A DNA stretch of 64,000 bases, from contig JAYWIR010000007.1 of the NCBI GenBank assembly GCA_036172245.1, positions 4,960,001-5,024,000 of the forward strand, written 5' to 3'. A program made the translations under genes and the position numbers. Each line of letters starts with the position of its first letter. Position 1 is the first letter of the stretch. Under the pieces are notes generated by a model, which made no database searches, was not told the origin of the DNA, and saw nothing but the letters and a program-made list of their open reading frames with translations. Positions 12,236 to 23,300 of this stretch are shown here, piece after piece. The DNA is from Raillietiella orientalis. Its lineage: Eukaryota.

Positions 12236-14173
12236 TCTTGCAACACTAATCGACGGAAGCAAAGGTACTAAGACTCCGAAAAGCATCTTGAAAGAATCCA
12301 TTGATGTAAGAGATAAAAAGCAAAGTTGAGGACAATATCCATTATTCAGGGTCGTTTTAGATCACTCTCATGTCATCATCAAAGAGAAATTCCACCTTGT
12401 TAATTAGTAATGAGTCATTCGAGTACTCGGAGACGTTCAGTCAATCGGATACTCATCGAGATGCGAATAATGACATCTCCATGAAAAGCTCTGCCCGGAC
12501 AAAAAGACCAACAACTTCAAAGAATGAATCATTGAAGAATGGGAGCGGGGAAACTGTTCAAAGCAGAAACCATACAATACAGGGTATAATGTTGGTTTAC
12601 AATAATTTGGAATTCTGCGTGTGCACCTTCGGACGCGGTGGTTCCACGGGGGTTGTGCCTGCGATTTAGCGAATCCGCACAGTGTGCTTAATGAAATTTC
12701 GTAGTCGGACATCTGACCACTAATTATTGCCTACAAAAAAGAAAAAAAAGCAGGTATTGACGACATCCACAGTTAAAGATCGGAAGAATACTCTTTTAAC
12801 AGCAAAGAGGATCTGAAGCATTGGAAAAACAACAGTACTTGTGTGCTGAGGATTTGTTGTAATCCTCCGAAAATTTCGAAATGAGGCTGTCGGGCGGCCG
12901 ATGCCGTCTTTCCTTGGCTCACGATAACGCTTCACGATTGGTTTCATTCGAAATGAATACTCACCAAGTGCCATGGCTGCTTGTCGGAAAGTTCCTTTTA
13001 CGTAAGACTGCTGCAAGTTCAGCCATGTTAAAGGCGTTTCGAGTAAATTATTTCACTGAAAAGTTTTAGGTCATAAGGTACTCAGCATTGACCACTATGA
13101 AGTGGTCAATGCTGAGTACTCTATGAATCAGTTTTCTTTGTACGTCAACTGCCACTACTTATAGCGTGCTGTGAATACGCAAACGTGATTATCTTAAAAG
13201 ATCACGATCAAATTTTGGACCAAGGCCACTTTTCAATACAACAACATTTAGATCACGATTGTAAGACAGCATGTTAGCGAAAAATCATGAAAACTGCTCC
13301 ATCAGCTGCTTGAGACTGCAAAATGCTATGACCTATTGGAATAATACCTCGGCAATGCAAATCTCGAACAGTCCCATGAATAAAATACATTTGAAATCTT
13401 TGGAGTTCAAGATGGATCCTGCATTTGGCTGGCTCTTATTGTTTTCCTGGCGACGCACAGCTTTTTGGAACGCGTCCATCGTACTAATGAATTTTACATT
13501 CTTCAGTCTCGAGTTTGGAAAGCTTGAAATATGCGTTTAACCCTTTCATTCCCATACTTTAAAGCAATGAAGTCTCGGCATTCCCATTTACTTGACTGCC
13601 AAATTCACTCTTCATTATCAGGCTTATTTACCTTGCTATAAACACCTAAACACAATGAAACAGTATCAAACTTCAAATCTCACGCTGCAGTCTCTTCGCA
13701 ACTTGTTATATATTATCTAGTTTTCTTTCAAAGAAGCTGCTTCGCGCTGATTTGATTCAGTCCATTTTTTGTAGAGTGCAGAAGAGTAGCAATAACTCTT
13801 TCTTCTGTTTAGAAAAGAACCAAACGAAACAAGTTTGACACTTGGAAGTAGAAGAGAACTGCGTAACAAAGTGCAACAAAAAAACACTGCACTGCAAGGT
13901 TCCACTGTAATGCCAGTTGCAACTGTGTCTTGATGACGGTTACAAGAACAAAGATCTCAGGTCGCAGTGGTGCTGGGAAACAGCCCGTAGCAATGTAAGG
14001 CTAGCTCAAGCGCTAGAGCAGCTTTTGATGGAGTAAAGGGAGGAGCAACGTACCCTGGGGATTCTTGAGCTGATTTTAGGCTACAGCATCCGAGCAGAGA
14101 CACAAGAAATCGGTTCCTAGAAAACAGTGTTGCTGCCTTGTGGGATGAGAACCTTAGTTTGTGCTGGCCATGG
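12236..14173 (+). CDS. Unrecognised multi-exon protein-coding gene (partial model), divergent from DCUN1D3
   Basis: Phase-compatible exon chain: 12236-12305, 12361-12583, 12705-12753, 12803-~12834, ~12886-13001, 13201-13260, 13306-13480, 13622-13662, 13721-13832, 13917-14032, 14080-14173. Several introns are of the local modal size (55, 49, 45, 58, 47 nt). Example peptides: GTKTPKSILKESID|ITLMSSSKRNS..., QGPLFNTTTFRSRF|CLRLQNAMTYWNN, SQWCWETARSNVRLAQALEQLLME|LQHPSRDTRNRFLENSVAALWDEN. The junction near 12835-12885 and both ends are unresolved. Confidence 0.5.
13078..13119. repeat. Perfect 19-bp inverted repeat with 4-nt loop
   Basis: gtactcagcattgaccact-atga-agtggtcaatgctgagtac; imperfectly extendable with tcata.../...tatga. 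Confidence 0.9.
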
Positions 14174-14529
14174 GTAACTGTGGAGAGATGGAAACGATTT
14201 TGTGTGCACATCCCTGCATAACATTGCTTACGCTGGCTGCTGTGAATTTCCAGGGGTGAGTCTACATCTACCGCGTTCCAGAAAATGGAACCCACCTGGT
14301 TCATCACCATCACGATCACGATGTGACGAGAAAAATGGGCGAGGAAATAAGGGGCAGTTCGAGTGATATTGCCGATGCTTCGTTTGAAACATCTTCTGTT
14401 GTTTTGGCTTTTGTGGATACGTACGTACACTTTCTCTTAAGCAGACAGCCGTATCCGTCCATTCTTTTAAAAAATGCCTCCCGTGATGATGGAAATCCTT
14501 CTTTTCTGTCTTCGCAGTTCTTCGACACA

Positions 14530-15250
14530 CGGTTCCACGCCGCCCGAGGGTGGGTAATTCTTCAAGATAGGGGGGTAACCCGGGAGGGGTCCGCCCTATG
14601 AATCCAGGAAGGACTCGGAGCCCGTTCCTCTCACGCCTGGGGAGGGATCCCGGGAAATTGAGATGACCTCCACCCCGGTTGTCTCCAAAGGTGAATCCCA
14701 AAGGAAATCACCTTCCTTATTCTCTCTGGAGAACCCCCGGGGGGCTTCGCTCCATTTTTTCTTCTCTGAAGGGAACCTGGAAAGGATCGTCTCCTGGAAT
14801 TTCTTCTCCGGAGGGATCCGCTCCTGTTTTTACTCCTCTGAAGAGGACCCATAAGGGACGCTTCCGAAATTCAGAAGGACGCTGCTACCCCGAAGAGATC
14901 GGCTCGCTTCTCTGCACTCTCTGGAGAGGTGGTGGCGACACACCTACTCCATCAGTACGACGCGGAGGGGTTCCTCCCCGATGGGGGGTTCGCTCCATCA
15001 CAACCGGAGGGAAACTCCCACTCCGTGATTCCTGGAAGGACCCGGAGGTCGACTCCCATTTGTCCCGGCCCTCATCGGGGGGCATCCGGTTTGAACCGCT
15101 ACCAGTGCCGCACCCGGATGAATGTAGGCCAACCAGCGTCATCTTGTGGGGTGAACTCGGAACCCACGACGCACTGCGTCGATTCCTTCGTAGTATTCGA
15201 ACCCACGACGCACAGCGCCACTCGCGGAGACCACCGTAACCACACGACCT
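14530..15250. mobile_element. Degraded L1/Tx1-like ORF2 fragment(s), apparently in two orientations
   Basis: ~14530-14625 resembles 63255-63345 on the same strand (cccgggaggg...gaatccaggaagg). ~15125-15170 resembles 57530-57580 on the opposite strand (ttccgagtt...gatgacgctggttgg). Both matched regions lie within recognisable L1/Tx1 remnants. Confidence 0.5.
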
Positions 15251-16232
15251 CCGACGCCGGCAGGAAAATTGTGTGGAAGACAAAAATGGAATTTCACCTT
15301 AATGCTGAGGGAACGTATGTATCTGAAGTCCTGAGCAACCCCTGAAAGCGATAAGATTACATTTACGGGACGCACTTAGTTCATCTTGCTATAGGGAAAA
15401 GATGCGTTCCTGAGAATTAGCAAATTCTCGGGATGGGATGTTCCATACACGGAGCATTCAAGCGTCGATGATTCGTCGGAAAGGCGAATTTCCGGAGCTT
15501 CTTCGCCTCCTTTTGGCATTTACCGGGAAGTGCGCTCTTAAATGATCTGAACGCAAGATTTAGTAGGGGCAGTGAATCGGTGAAATTAGCAGTCGTCCAA
15601 TCCTGAGGCCACAGACTAAGTGATTCCAGACTTCAGCATGCTTTTATTTAGAAACGTTTCAGTAATCTGCAGAACGCGTTTGCGAAACTCAGGCTATCGC
15701 GTGTACGCGGGAAATTTCAAAGTCTTCCTAATCGCGCAACGCAGTAAGTGGTGAGCGGCTGAAGAGAAATTAAGGTGGCGCTCAGCTGAAGCTCAAATTC
15801 TCCATAAGCGTTGCATCAAGACACCAGTTTCCTGCTCTCGTGTCGTGTACGGCATGCTCAAGAAGACACCAATAGGGTCCAGATAATCCCGAGTCGGTGC
15901 TCTCTCTAGGTGAGTGTGTAACTGGATGCAGTTTCAAGGAAGGAAGCCCTTACGTCACGAACCCAACAACTTTGGTGATTCCCTCGGATGATGAACTCTT
16001 TTTTGTTTCGACAGAGCTCATCCCTCCCTTGCAATACTGAACTTGCGGAAGCACAAAGCAGTTCGACTCAGCTATTAGCCTAAAGTAATGCACAATTAAT
16101 GGATACTGATTGTGTACGTAAACCTTTTCCATGCATGTGAGAGAGATTCATGGCTGCTTTCGTGAATGGGTCGTGGCAAGGAATGCCAAGTGAAAAATCC
16201 GTGCGACCCACGCTTCACACCTGCGGAAGCTG

Positions 16233-16234
<2 letters not shown>

Positions 16235-16265
<31 letters not shown>
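16235..16265. repeat. (GT)n microsatellite
   Basis: Seen directly. Similar tracts occur at ~20267-20294 (TG), ~30084-30103 (GA) and ~32372-32396 (GA). Confidence 0.9.
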
Positions 16266-16266
<1 letters not shown>

Positions 16267-17510
16267 ACGGAAAGGGATTGAGGGAACCGAAACCGTACTT
16301 TAAACTACGAAAAATAAACGCAGGAGGAAGCCGTTCAAGAAGCAATTCGGCAACTTCAGGAAGAGACATCCCTTTTTTGGAACGAACGTTGTTGTTGCCT
16401 TTGCTTATCCCTTGGTTCCCATGAGGTGCTTGAAATGTACACGGTCATACCGTACGACTTGACGCCACGCGTGAAAAGCCAAAAACAATCATTTTGAAGG
16501 GGGAGTAGGGCTCTTTTTTGTTTTCATCATACACGAAAGGATCTTCAGCAGTTATGTTTTTGAGTGATGTACCTGTTGTGCATTACCGCACGAATGATAC
16601 CCTCGGCAGTCACCATCAGTTCGGATAGGTTTCCACCTACAAACCGATCGAGATTTTTTTTTTTTTTCCTTCTTTTTTCAAAAGAGTGCCCTCTCGTCTA
16701 AATTCCTCGTCCACTAGCGCTTAGGAAAACAGAACGCCTTCTTCGTCTTCCCTTATTTGATGTGGGATGTCAACACAGCTGGATCTCAAATACGGAGTTG
16801 AAATACGAGGGCGAAAGCAATCTGGCAGGAACAGCGCAGCCAGCCTGGACGTTCCGGGACTGGCCGCCGTTTGTTTGGCATCCTCGAGGTATGAAAGTTC
16901 ACTCAGAGTTCACTTTCGCCGCCGCCGCCGCGGGATGGAGTGCTCCGCAAACATCCAAATTGTCTGTTTGCTCCGACTTCCTCCCACAATTTGAGCAGCA
17001 CGGTCCGTGTCATGTGCAGCCAACTCCCTATTAGGCAGAACGGCGGCCGGTCCCCAGTCCGAATGGCGCGCTCGTTCTTACTCGTGCCTCTGTGGAGTGC
17101 CTCACCAACATCTGGGGAGTTCAGCTCGGTGTTTTTTTTTTTTTTTTTTTTTTTTACTACTGTTACTTCACACGTCTGCAAACCTGTTGGGATTCCCGGC
17201 ATCAGCTGCTCGTAGCTTCCAGGCTGGAGCTGCTGCTTTCCCGCTGAACTCCTTTGACAGTGAGCCGGAAGGCGCCGACTACTAAGGAGTGCATAAGCAG
17301 CAGCGCGAATTTAGGCGAAACGATTTCGCTCCCTCGAGCCCCCTCCCTCCCCCCTCGCTTTCCTTGAAGACAGGCACAGCTGAAGATGCCTGCACGAAAA
17401 ACTGCTGAGCCTGATCTGCTTTTAAAAAGTCTTAATCTTCAGAACTCCTATGGGGGGGGGGGGGGGGGTTGGCACTCACTTTTATCCTTCCCACTTGTTT
17501 CCGTTCGCAG

Positions 17511-17971
17511 AGTTTTGGAATTCGGCTATATCAGGCACAGATGCACTTCACGGAAGGATTGCACCCCCAAAACCTTGTTCCAGTGATGCGCTCTGCAAAG
17601 TAATTTTTTCGCCTCCGGAGCCAACACCTCGGTTGCCCGGGGCGGGGCGACGTACTTTCTGAAGCTCTCGATCTTCCTTCTTCAGCGGTGTGGAGAAACT
17701 GAACGCGACGGAGATGGCGAACACTCCTGAAGAAGTGTACAGCCGTGAGATGCCTGAAGCTGCGAAGGTGCGGCAAATCGATCCTGGTGCGCCTCAGCGC
17801 GGTGCACAACACGTAACTCCCACATTTTCCCGAAGGCAAAAGAAGGAAGCAAATGACACGAACGGGGGGGACCACGACGAAGCAGCGCGCACTTTGGTTT
17901 GGGGGCCTTCCTCATTTTGGGCTTCCCTCTCGTACGCACGGATGTACGAAAACAATCCACTGTATGCGTGA
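17511..17971 (+). CDS. Probable terminal exons of a + strand gene (possibly the 3' end of the 12.2-14.2 kb gene)
   Basis: Acceptor ccgttcgcag|17511, donor 17600 gtaatt, and acceptor tcttccttcttcag|17686 join in phase 2. The product SFGIRLYQAQMHFTEGLHPQNLVPVMRSAN-GVEKLNATEMANTPEEVYSREMP...YENNPLYA* ends ~170 nt from the fringe stop. No family recognised. Confidence 0.4.
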
Positions 17972-18141
17972 AACGACGGACCTGCGATGATGTGAGCCAT
18001 GAGGATCACTGAAGAAGAAGCGCAAAATTCCTGGATGATTTGAAATGATCATTTCAAAGCTAGCAAATAACTTCTCTATAATTTACTTTTTCAAATATAT
18101 AAACATTTTAAATATCACAGATCACAGTTTACGTATTTTTT

Positions 18142-20262
18142 TCATCTTGGGCAATACATAAGTTCAGGGAACAAGTAGCAGTGAAGAGAGAGGAACCTGG
18201 AAAGACGACGGTAAAAAAAAAAAAGGGGAGCCGAAAGCTGGAATTTAGTTACCGGGTCGGATCCAGCTTGGTGTCGAATCCATCGATGTCGATGATGTTC
18301 ATTTCCGTTCCAGAGGTGGAGTAGCTGAACGTGATCTGAACAGAAGCCACCCCATCCGTGGCAGAGAAGAGGTAAACTCCCGTCACGTGTCCTACCTGAC
18401 TCCTGAATTCGTCGCGCTTAAGGAACTTCATCGGCTCCAGATGGGAGTGAAATTCGTCAACCACCGTCAGCTTCTTCTGCAGCAGGTGCTCTGCGGGAAT
18501 CGGAAAACCACCCAGCCACCTCGGCGAAACATCGGAAGCGAGAGCTCACCTATGATGTAGCCCATGGTGACGTCGTCCGGCAGGCGGATCTTCTCCCCTA
18601 TGCTCACAAACTTGCCTCCGCTGAAACGGAGAAAGCAACGAAGAATGAAACGGAAGACGTGGACGCCGCCGCCGCAGCTTCGTAGCGGCGCGGTGAGAGG
18701 GCAGGGGGCCGCGAGCCTGGAGCACGCCCTGAGCAGCACGAACCCTCCTGGATAACCTCGCGAATGCCCCTGGCTGGGGAAACGTAGGCGCGCTCTTCCC
18801 CTCGGATTTCATCCGTTCGGCACGTCTTACATCTCATTAACGAAAAAAATAAAAAAAAATTGCAACGACGATGCCGTCGGGTAGCTCAACGCTGGGGGGG
18901 GGGGGGGGAGGGAGGAAGGGGAGATACTCTCTGCGCGCGCGCCGATTCACTGCGCATTACGCAGGTGGCTGCGAAATGACCACCACCGCCATGCCCTGGC
19001 ACCAGGATCATTCCGCTTGTTGCTCACCTTGGGCAGCGCCAAGTCCACCTCGGTGAAAAAATCTGGACTCTCTCTCTTTTTTTTCTTCTTCTTCTTCCTC
19101 TTCCGAGACGGAGCTTCAAAACGCCGAGATGGGAAAGGGGGGGGGGGGGGAGGGAAGCAGCAACGCACGACGCATGCGCGCTCGCGCTACGCGCGTACAG
19201 CGCGAACGAACGCACCCTCTGCCTCTTCGCGTGTTCCTGCGTAGTGCGCAGACGGCCTCGACGAGCGCGGGCGCTTCGCCGCTGCGCGGGTGTCCAGCAC
19301 GGGGTCCTCCCACCCGTCCTCCTCGTTTCGCGTTCCCGGGGCCGCGCCACACGCCGACACGTGTCTCGGGGTCCGTGAATCCGCGCGGATGCTGCCTCAA
19401 GCTCGCATCTTCGTAATTGGGTTGTTTTCCGTGCTAAGGCGGACGGAAGGGGGGAGAAGGGAGTGCAACGCTGCGCACCGTCCGCGAGGAGCGTTTATGA
19501 CAGATTACGGTCCCGCGGCAAATTGATGATCCCTCACCTTCGAAAGGAAAAGGAGGCGAGTCGAGAGAAAAGCGCGGGAGAACGAGTATCTTTCCAGCTG
19601 CTCTCGGCTGCCAGGAAGCCCCGGGATGTTTCCCCTGCGCGCCGCCGCGTGTGCGCTACGTGCGGGTGCGCGCCGGTTTTCCCGGAACCGTCGAGGACCT
19701 CGGCGGGGATGAGTGATACCGCCTGGCCGGCATGCGACGAAAGCTCCTTCCGACCGCTGTTGGCGATAACCGGGCAACCGGCAAGAGGCATTTTTCCCCA
19801 CTGCGAAACGCGGAGCGAGCAGCGGGATGAAGGGGGGGGGGGGGAGGGAGGGAGGGAGGTTTTCTATGCGGGCAACCCGCCGAGCACCGTGAGAGGTTTC
19901 GGTTTCTATAAGCATTTCGTGGACATCTGAAACCGTGTGAAAACGCGACCCGAATCGCAGGAGATGTTCATTACTCGGCTCTGAAAACGAACCCGGCTAA
20001 CGATGGATAAAAGAACAAAAAAAGGAAAAGGAAACACTTAGCAAGCGCAGCTGCATTTTTTTTTTTTTTTTTTTTTTTTGATGTTGTTGTTCTTTTCTGT
20101 ATTCTGCTTACCTTGAGACGGGCATCATCTTGAGCGCAAGTGATCGGCTGACACAAAATCCTGCTCCCCCTGTTGCAAACCAGAACGATATGTTCTTCTG
20201 AAACGAGAGCACGCATTTCACATTTCGGGGGAAGAAGACCTTTTTTTTCTTTTTTTCTTTTT

Positions 20263-20302
<40 letters not shown>

Positions 20303-23300
20303 CGGAGGGGGGGGTTCCCTACTGGGAAGCGAACGGGAGCACCGGGCGAAGAGGATTGCTCTCTCCTTCCGAACCGCGTGTGCGTGCGTGTGTGCATGTT
20401 TCCCCTTTCCTCCCTCCTTCCTTCCTTCCTTCCTTCCCCGGCTTACGGTACATTACATTTCTGCCTCCCGCGTGAAAAGTCCCTCCCCTGAAACGCTGCC
20501 GCGGCGACCACGGTGCGTCGGAAAGACGGGCGAAGGAAGGAGCGAATTTCGCGCATGTCGCTCAAAGGCTCTCTCCGCGCGTTCCGAAGAATCACCCTTC
20601 TGCGGGGGGGCGGACCCACGAGCTCTTTATTACTGCACACGGGAGTGCGGTCACACACACGTCAGAAGCTGGAAAACTGAACCGGGAGATATACCGTCTT
20701 GAGGAATTTCACAGGGAAACGGAAAGCCGAACTTCCCCCCCCCCCCTTCCTTCCGAGATCGTCGTCCACTATGCCTCGAACGAATTTGGCCGTCGTGCTC
20801 CTCCTTCCACCATGCCCTCTACAATAATTCCTGAGCTGTCATTCTCCTTCGAACCACCTTTCTTTCTGGCTGAAATACGCGCGCCTTATCTGGTGGTGCC
20901 CGGGTGACCGGCCATCACTTGCTCAAAGAGGAAGAAATAATTTCCGAATTTGATTTTCCCGAGGATGTAATCGCGCGAACCGCCGAAGTTCCCCTTCTGT
21001 CCCAACAGATTGGAAAATCTCAACCGTCGGAACCGAAACTGCAACCAGCGTCGCCTTGGAGAGGTCCACGGCAATCATGTAGACTTTTCGGAGGCCATTA
21101 ATTATCATTTCGCTCTTCCCGGATTGGAAATTCCATCGCGGCGGCGCAGCTTCCACCAGCTGACCGCGGAACGCACGAACGTCTTCGGCAGCAATGAACA
21201 CGCCAAAAGGGGCTTCAGGCGCCCTCACCCCCCCCACAAGTGGAACCACCTTGGAACTTCCCCCCAGTACGTGCGATTTTGCAACGACCCTTGTACAGGC
21301 AGTCGCCGTACATTGGTGCTTTACGTGGTGGAAAGCTGCCGACGAAGCGTTTCCTGGTGGAATCCTTCCTTCCATCAGGACGCACGCCGCCTCTTCGGAA
21401 AGACGGCGACGGTTCCGACTTTCCGCCGCCTGCTTTACCACCATCGTAGAAATCGCGCGTTCACGTTTTTTCTCCCTCCTCCCCCCCCATTTTTTTTTTT
21501 TTTGTTTCCTATGCTATCACCAATTACACCGAGTCACGACGGAGCACGGCGAAAAAGACCTCCAGTCCGCTCGCAACATGGACGCGCCTGTTTACGACGG
21601 CGGCGGGCGTCGTGTACGCAACCACACGGATCCCGGAACCAGACCGTTCGGACGCGTACACTGCGCCGGCGGCATTCCTGAAGGTTACCAGTGCTACCAG
21701 AACATGATGGCAAACAAATACGACGAGCCTTCGCTTTCGAGTGCCGGGGAATCCACGGCACAAGACGAAAGGGAGGGGAAGGAATGCTGCAAGATTGAAT
21801 AGTACGACTTTAAATCAACTTTAGCATCGCAAAGCAAGCGGATTTCAGCAGCTGTCGCGCAATAGAAACTAGTTACCGTAACTGATGGCAGGCAGGTGTT
21901 CCCTCGTCTCCAAACACCTGCCAGGAGCCCGGTAACGAAAACGCATTTACTTTGAAAATTCCGAGATCTTGTGGACGGGGAAGGATGCACACAGGGGAAA
22001 GAAGAAGGAGAAGAAAAAAAAAAACAATAGTGTTTACCACTGTGTTGTCCTTGCTGACAATTTCTAGAGGCTTGCGAATACTAGGTTTGCCCAGATACCA
22101 ATCTTCTTGTGGATTGTACTTCTGCAAAAGCTTTATCAGGTTCGGGATGTTCACATAATTGTCATCATCAAAATGACACATCCACCTAGAGAAAAATAGA
22201 AGAACATTTCTGGTTTGTTTCCATGATGCTCATCTAACGGTCGCGGGATTCGGGTTTGTTTAAAGTGCAAACCAAGGTTTTCCGCGACGCTACTGAGATG
22301 TTCTAGCGTGCCAATGGGCAAATTACTTGGGTTGTATCTGCTGTGCTGCGTGTATACGGAAACGAAAGACATACGCTTGCTTATCGCCTGAAACATTTCG
22401 AGTCTCCTTGCTTTCCTCATTCGACAAGAATATCATCGTGATTTCTGTATTTTTAATAATGGGAAACAAAATGTTTATGGAAAATAAAATAACGCTGGTA
22501 ATACTGGAATCTGTCAGCGGGTCTTACGATCCTAATTGTTGTCAGAAGCTGTTCGCTAATAAAAAGAAGGGGGGGGGGGGAGAAAACGGTGCCATTTTTT
22601 TTTTTGCATCAAAAGCCGAGACAGGCAGGGATCCCAGCACAACTCGTACCACAGCAGTTCCATGAATGCACAAAAAAATTAACCCTCTGGATAGTAAAAC
22701 AAAACTGACGCTGTAATTTTGCTTCTTTTTTTTTTTTTGAAACGATCAGGAGGCAATCCTGCTCGCCAAGCAGGAATTTTCGATTCGCCACATGAATATT
22801 TCGACGATGCACAATCAATGGACCAAATCAAACAAACGGTGAGGTCAGAATATGAAAGGAGGGGAGAGGGGAGACAGCGTGGAAAATCCAAGTCTTAATG
22901 ATGCAGCCGAGGTCATTCTATCATCCACCAGGCCCACAGGGCCGGGAGAAAAGGCATGTCTCCAATATTATAAAAGACCTCATTTCCACCAGATGACTGG
23001 CAAATGAAAGACCTGCTTTCGATTCTTCCTCGTCTTCCCAGAAGAACATTTTCAAAATATATATTTTTTTTTTTTTTTGCCGTCCGTAACCAAGCAATTA
23101 TAACAAGTACAGAAGTAACGATGCATAAGTAACCAGTAGCCTTCAAGAGATCGCGACCCGTCATTCATGAAGCCCTTTTTATTGAACTCGGGGTTGTGAG
23201 AAGCTCTTGGACCGCTTATTATTTTTCACCTTGCAATCCCGTTGTACAAATCATCAGCAGAGCGGTCCGGATAATCATCCGCTTTCATTGTAATCTATAA

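Noticed and set aside
12960..13045. SAP-domain-like peptide on the minus strand (MAELAAVLRKRNFPTS)
   Set aside because: It is short and stop-bounded, and the + strand exon chain explains the region better.
19028..19062. Exon-like 35-nt segment (cag|...AAG|GTGAGC) in fringe intron 6
   Set aside because: The acceptor context is purine-rich, inclusion would shift the frame, and fringe is complete without it.
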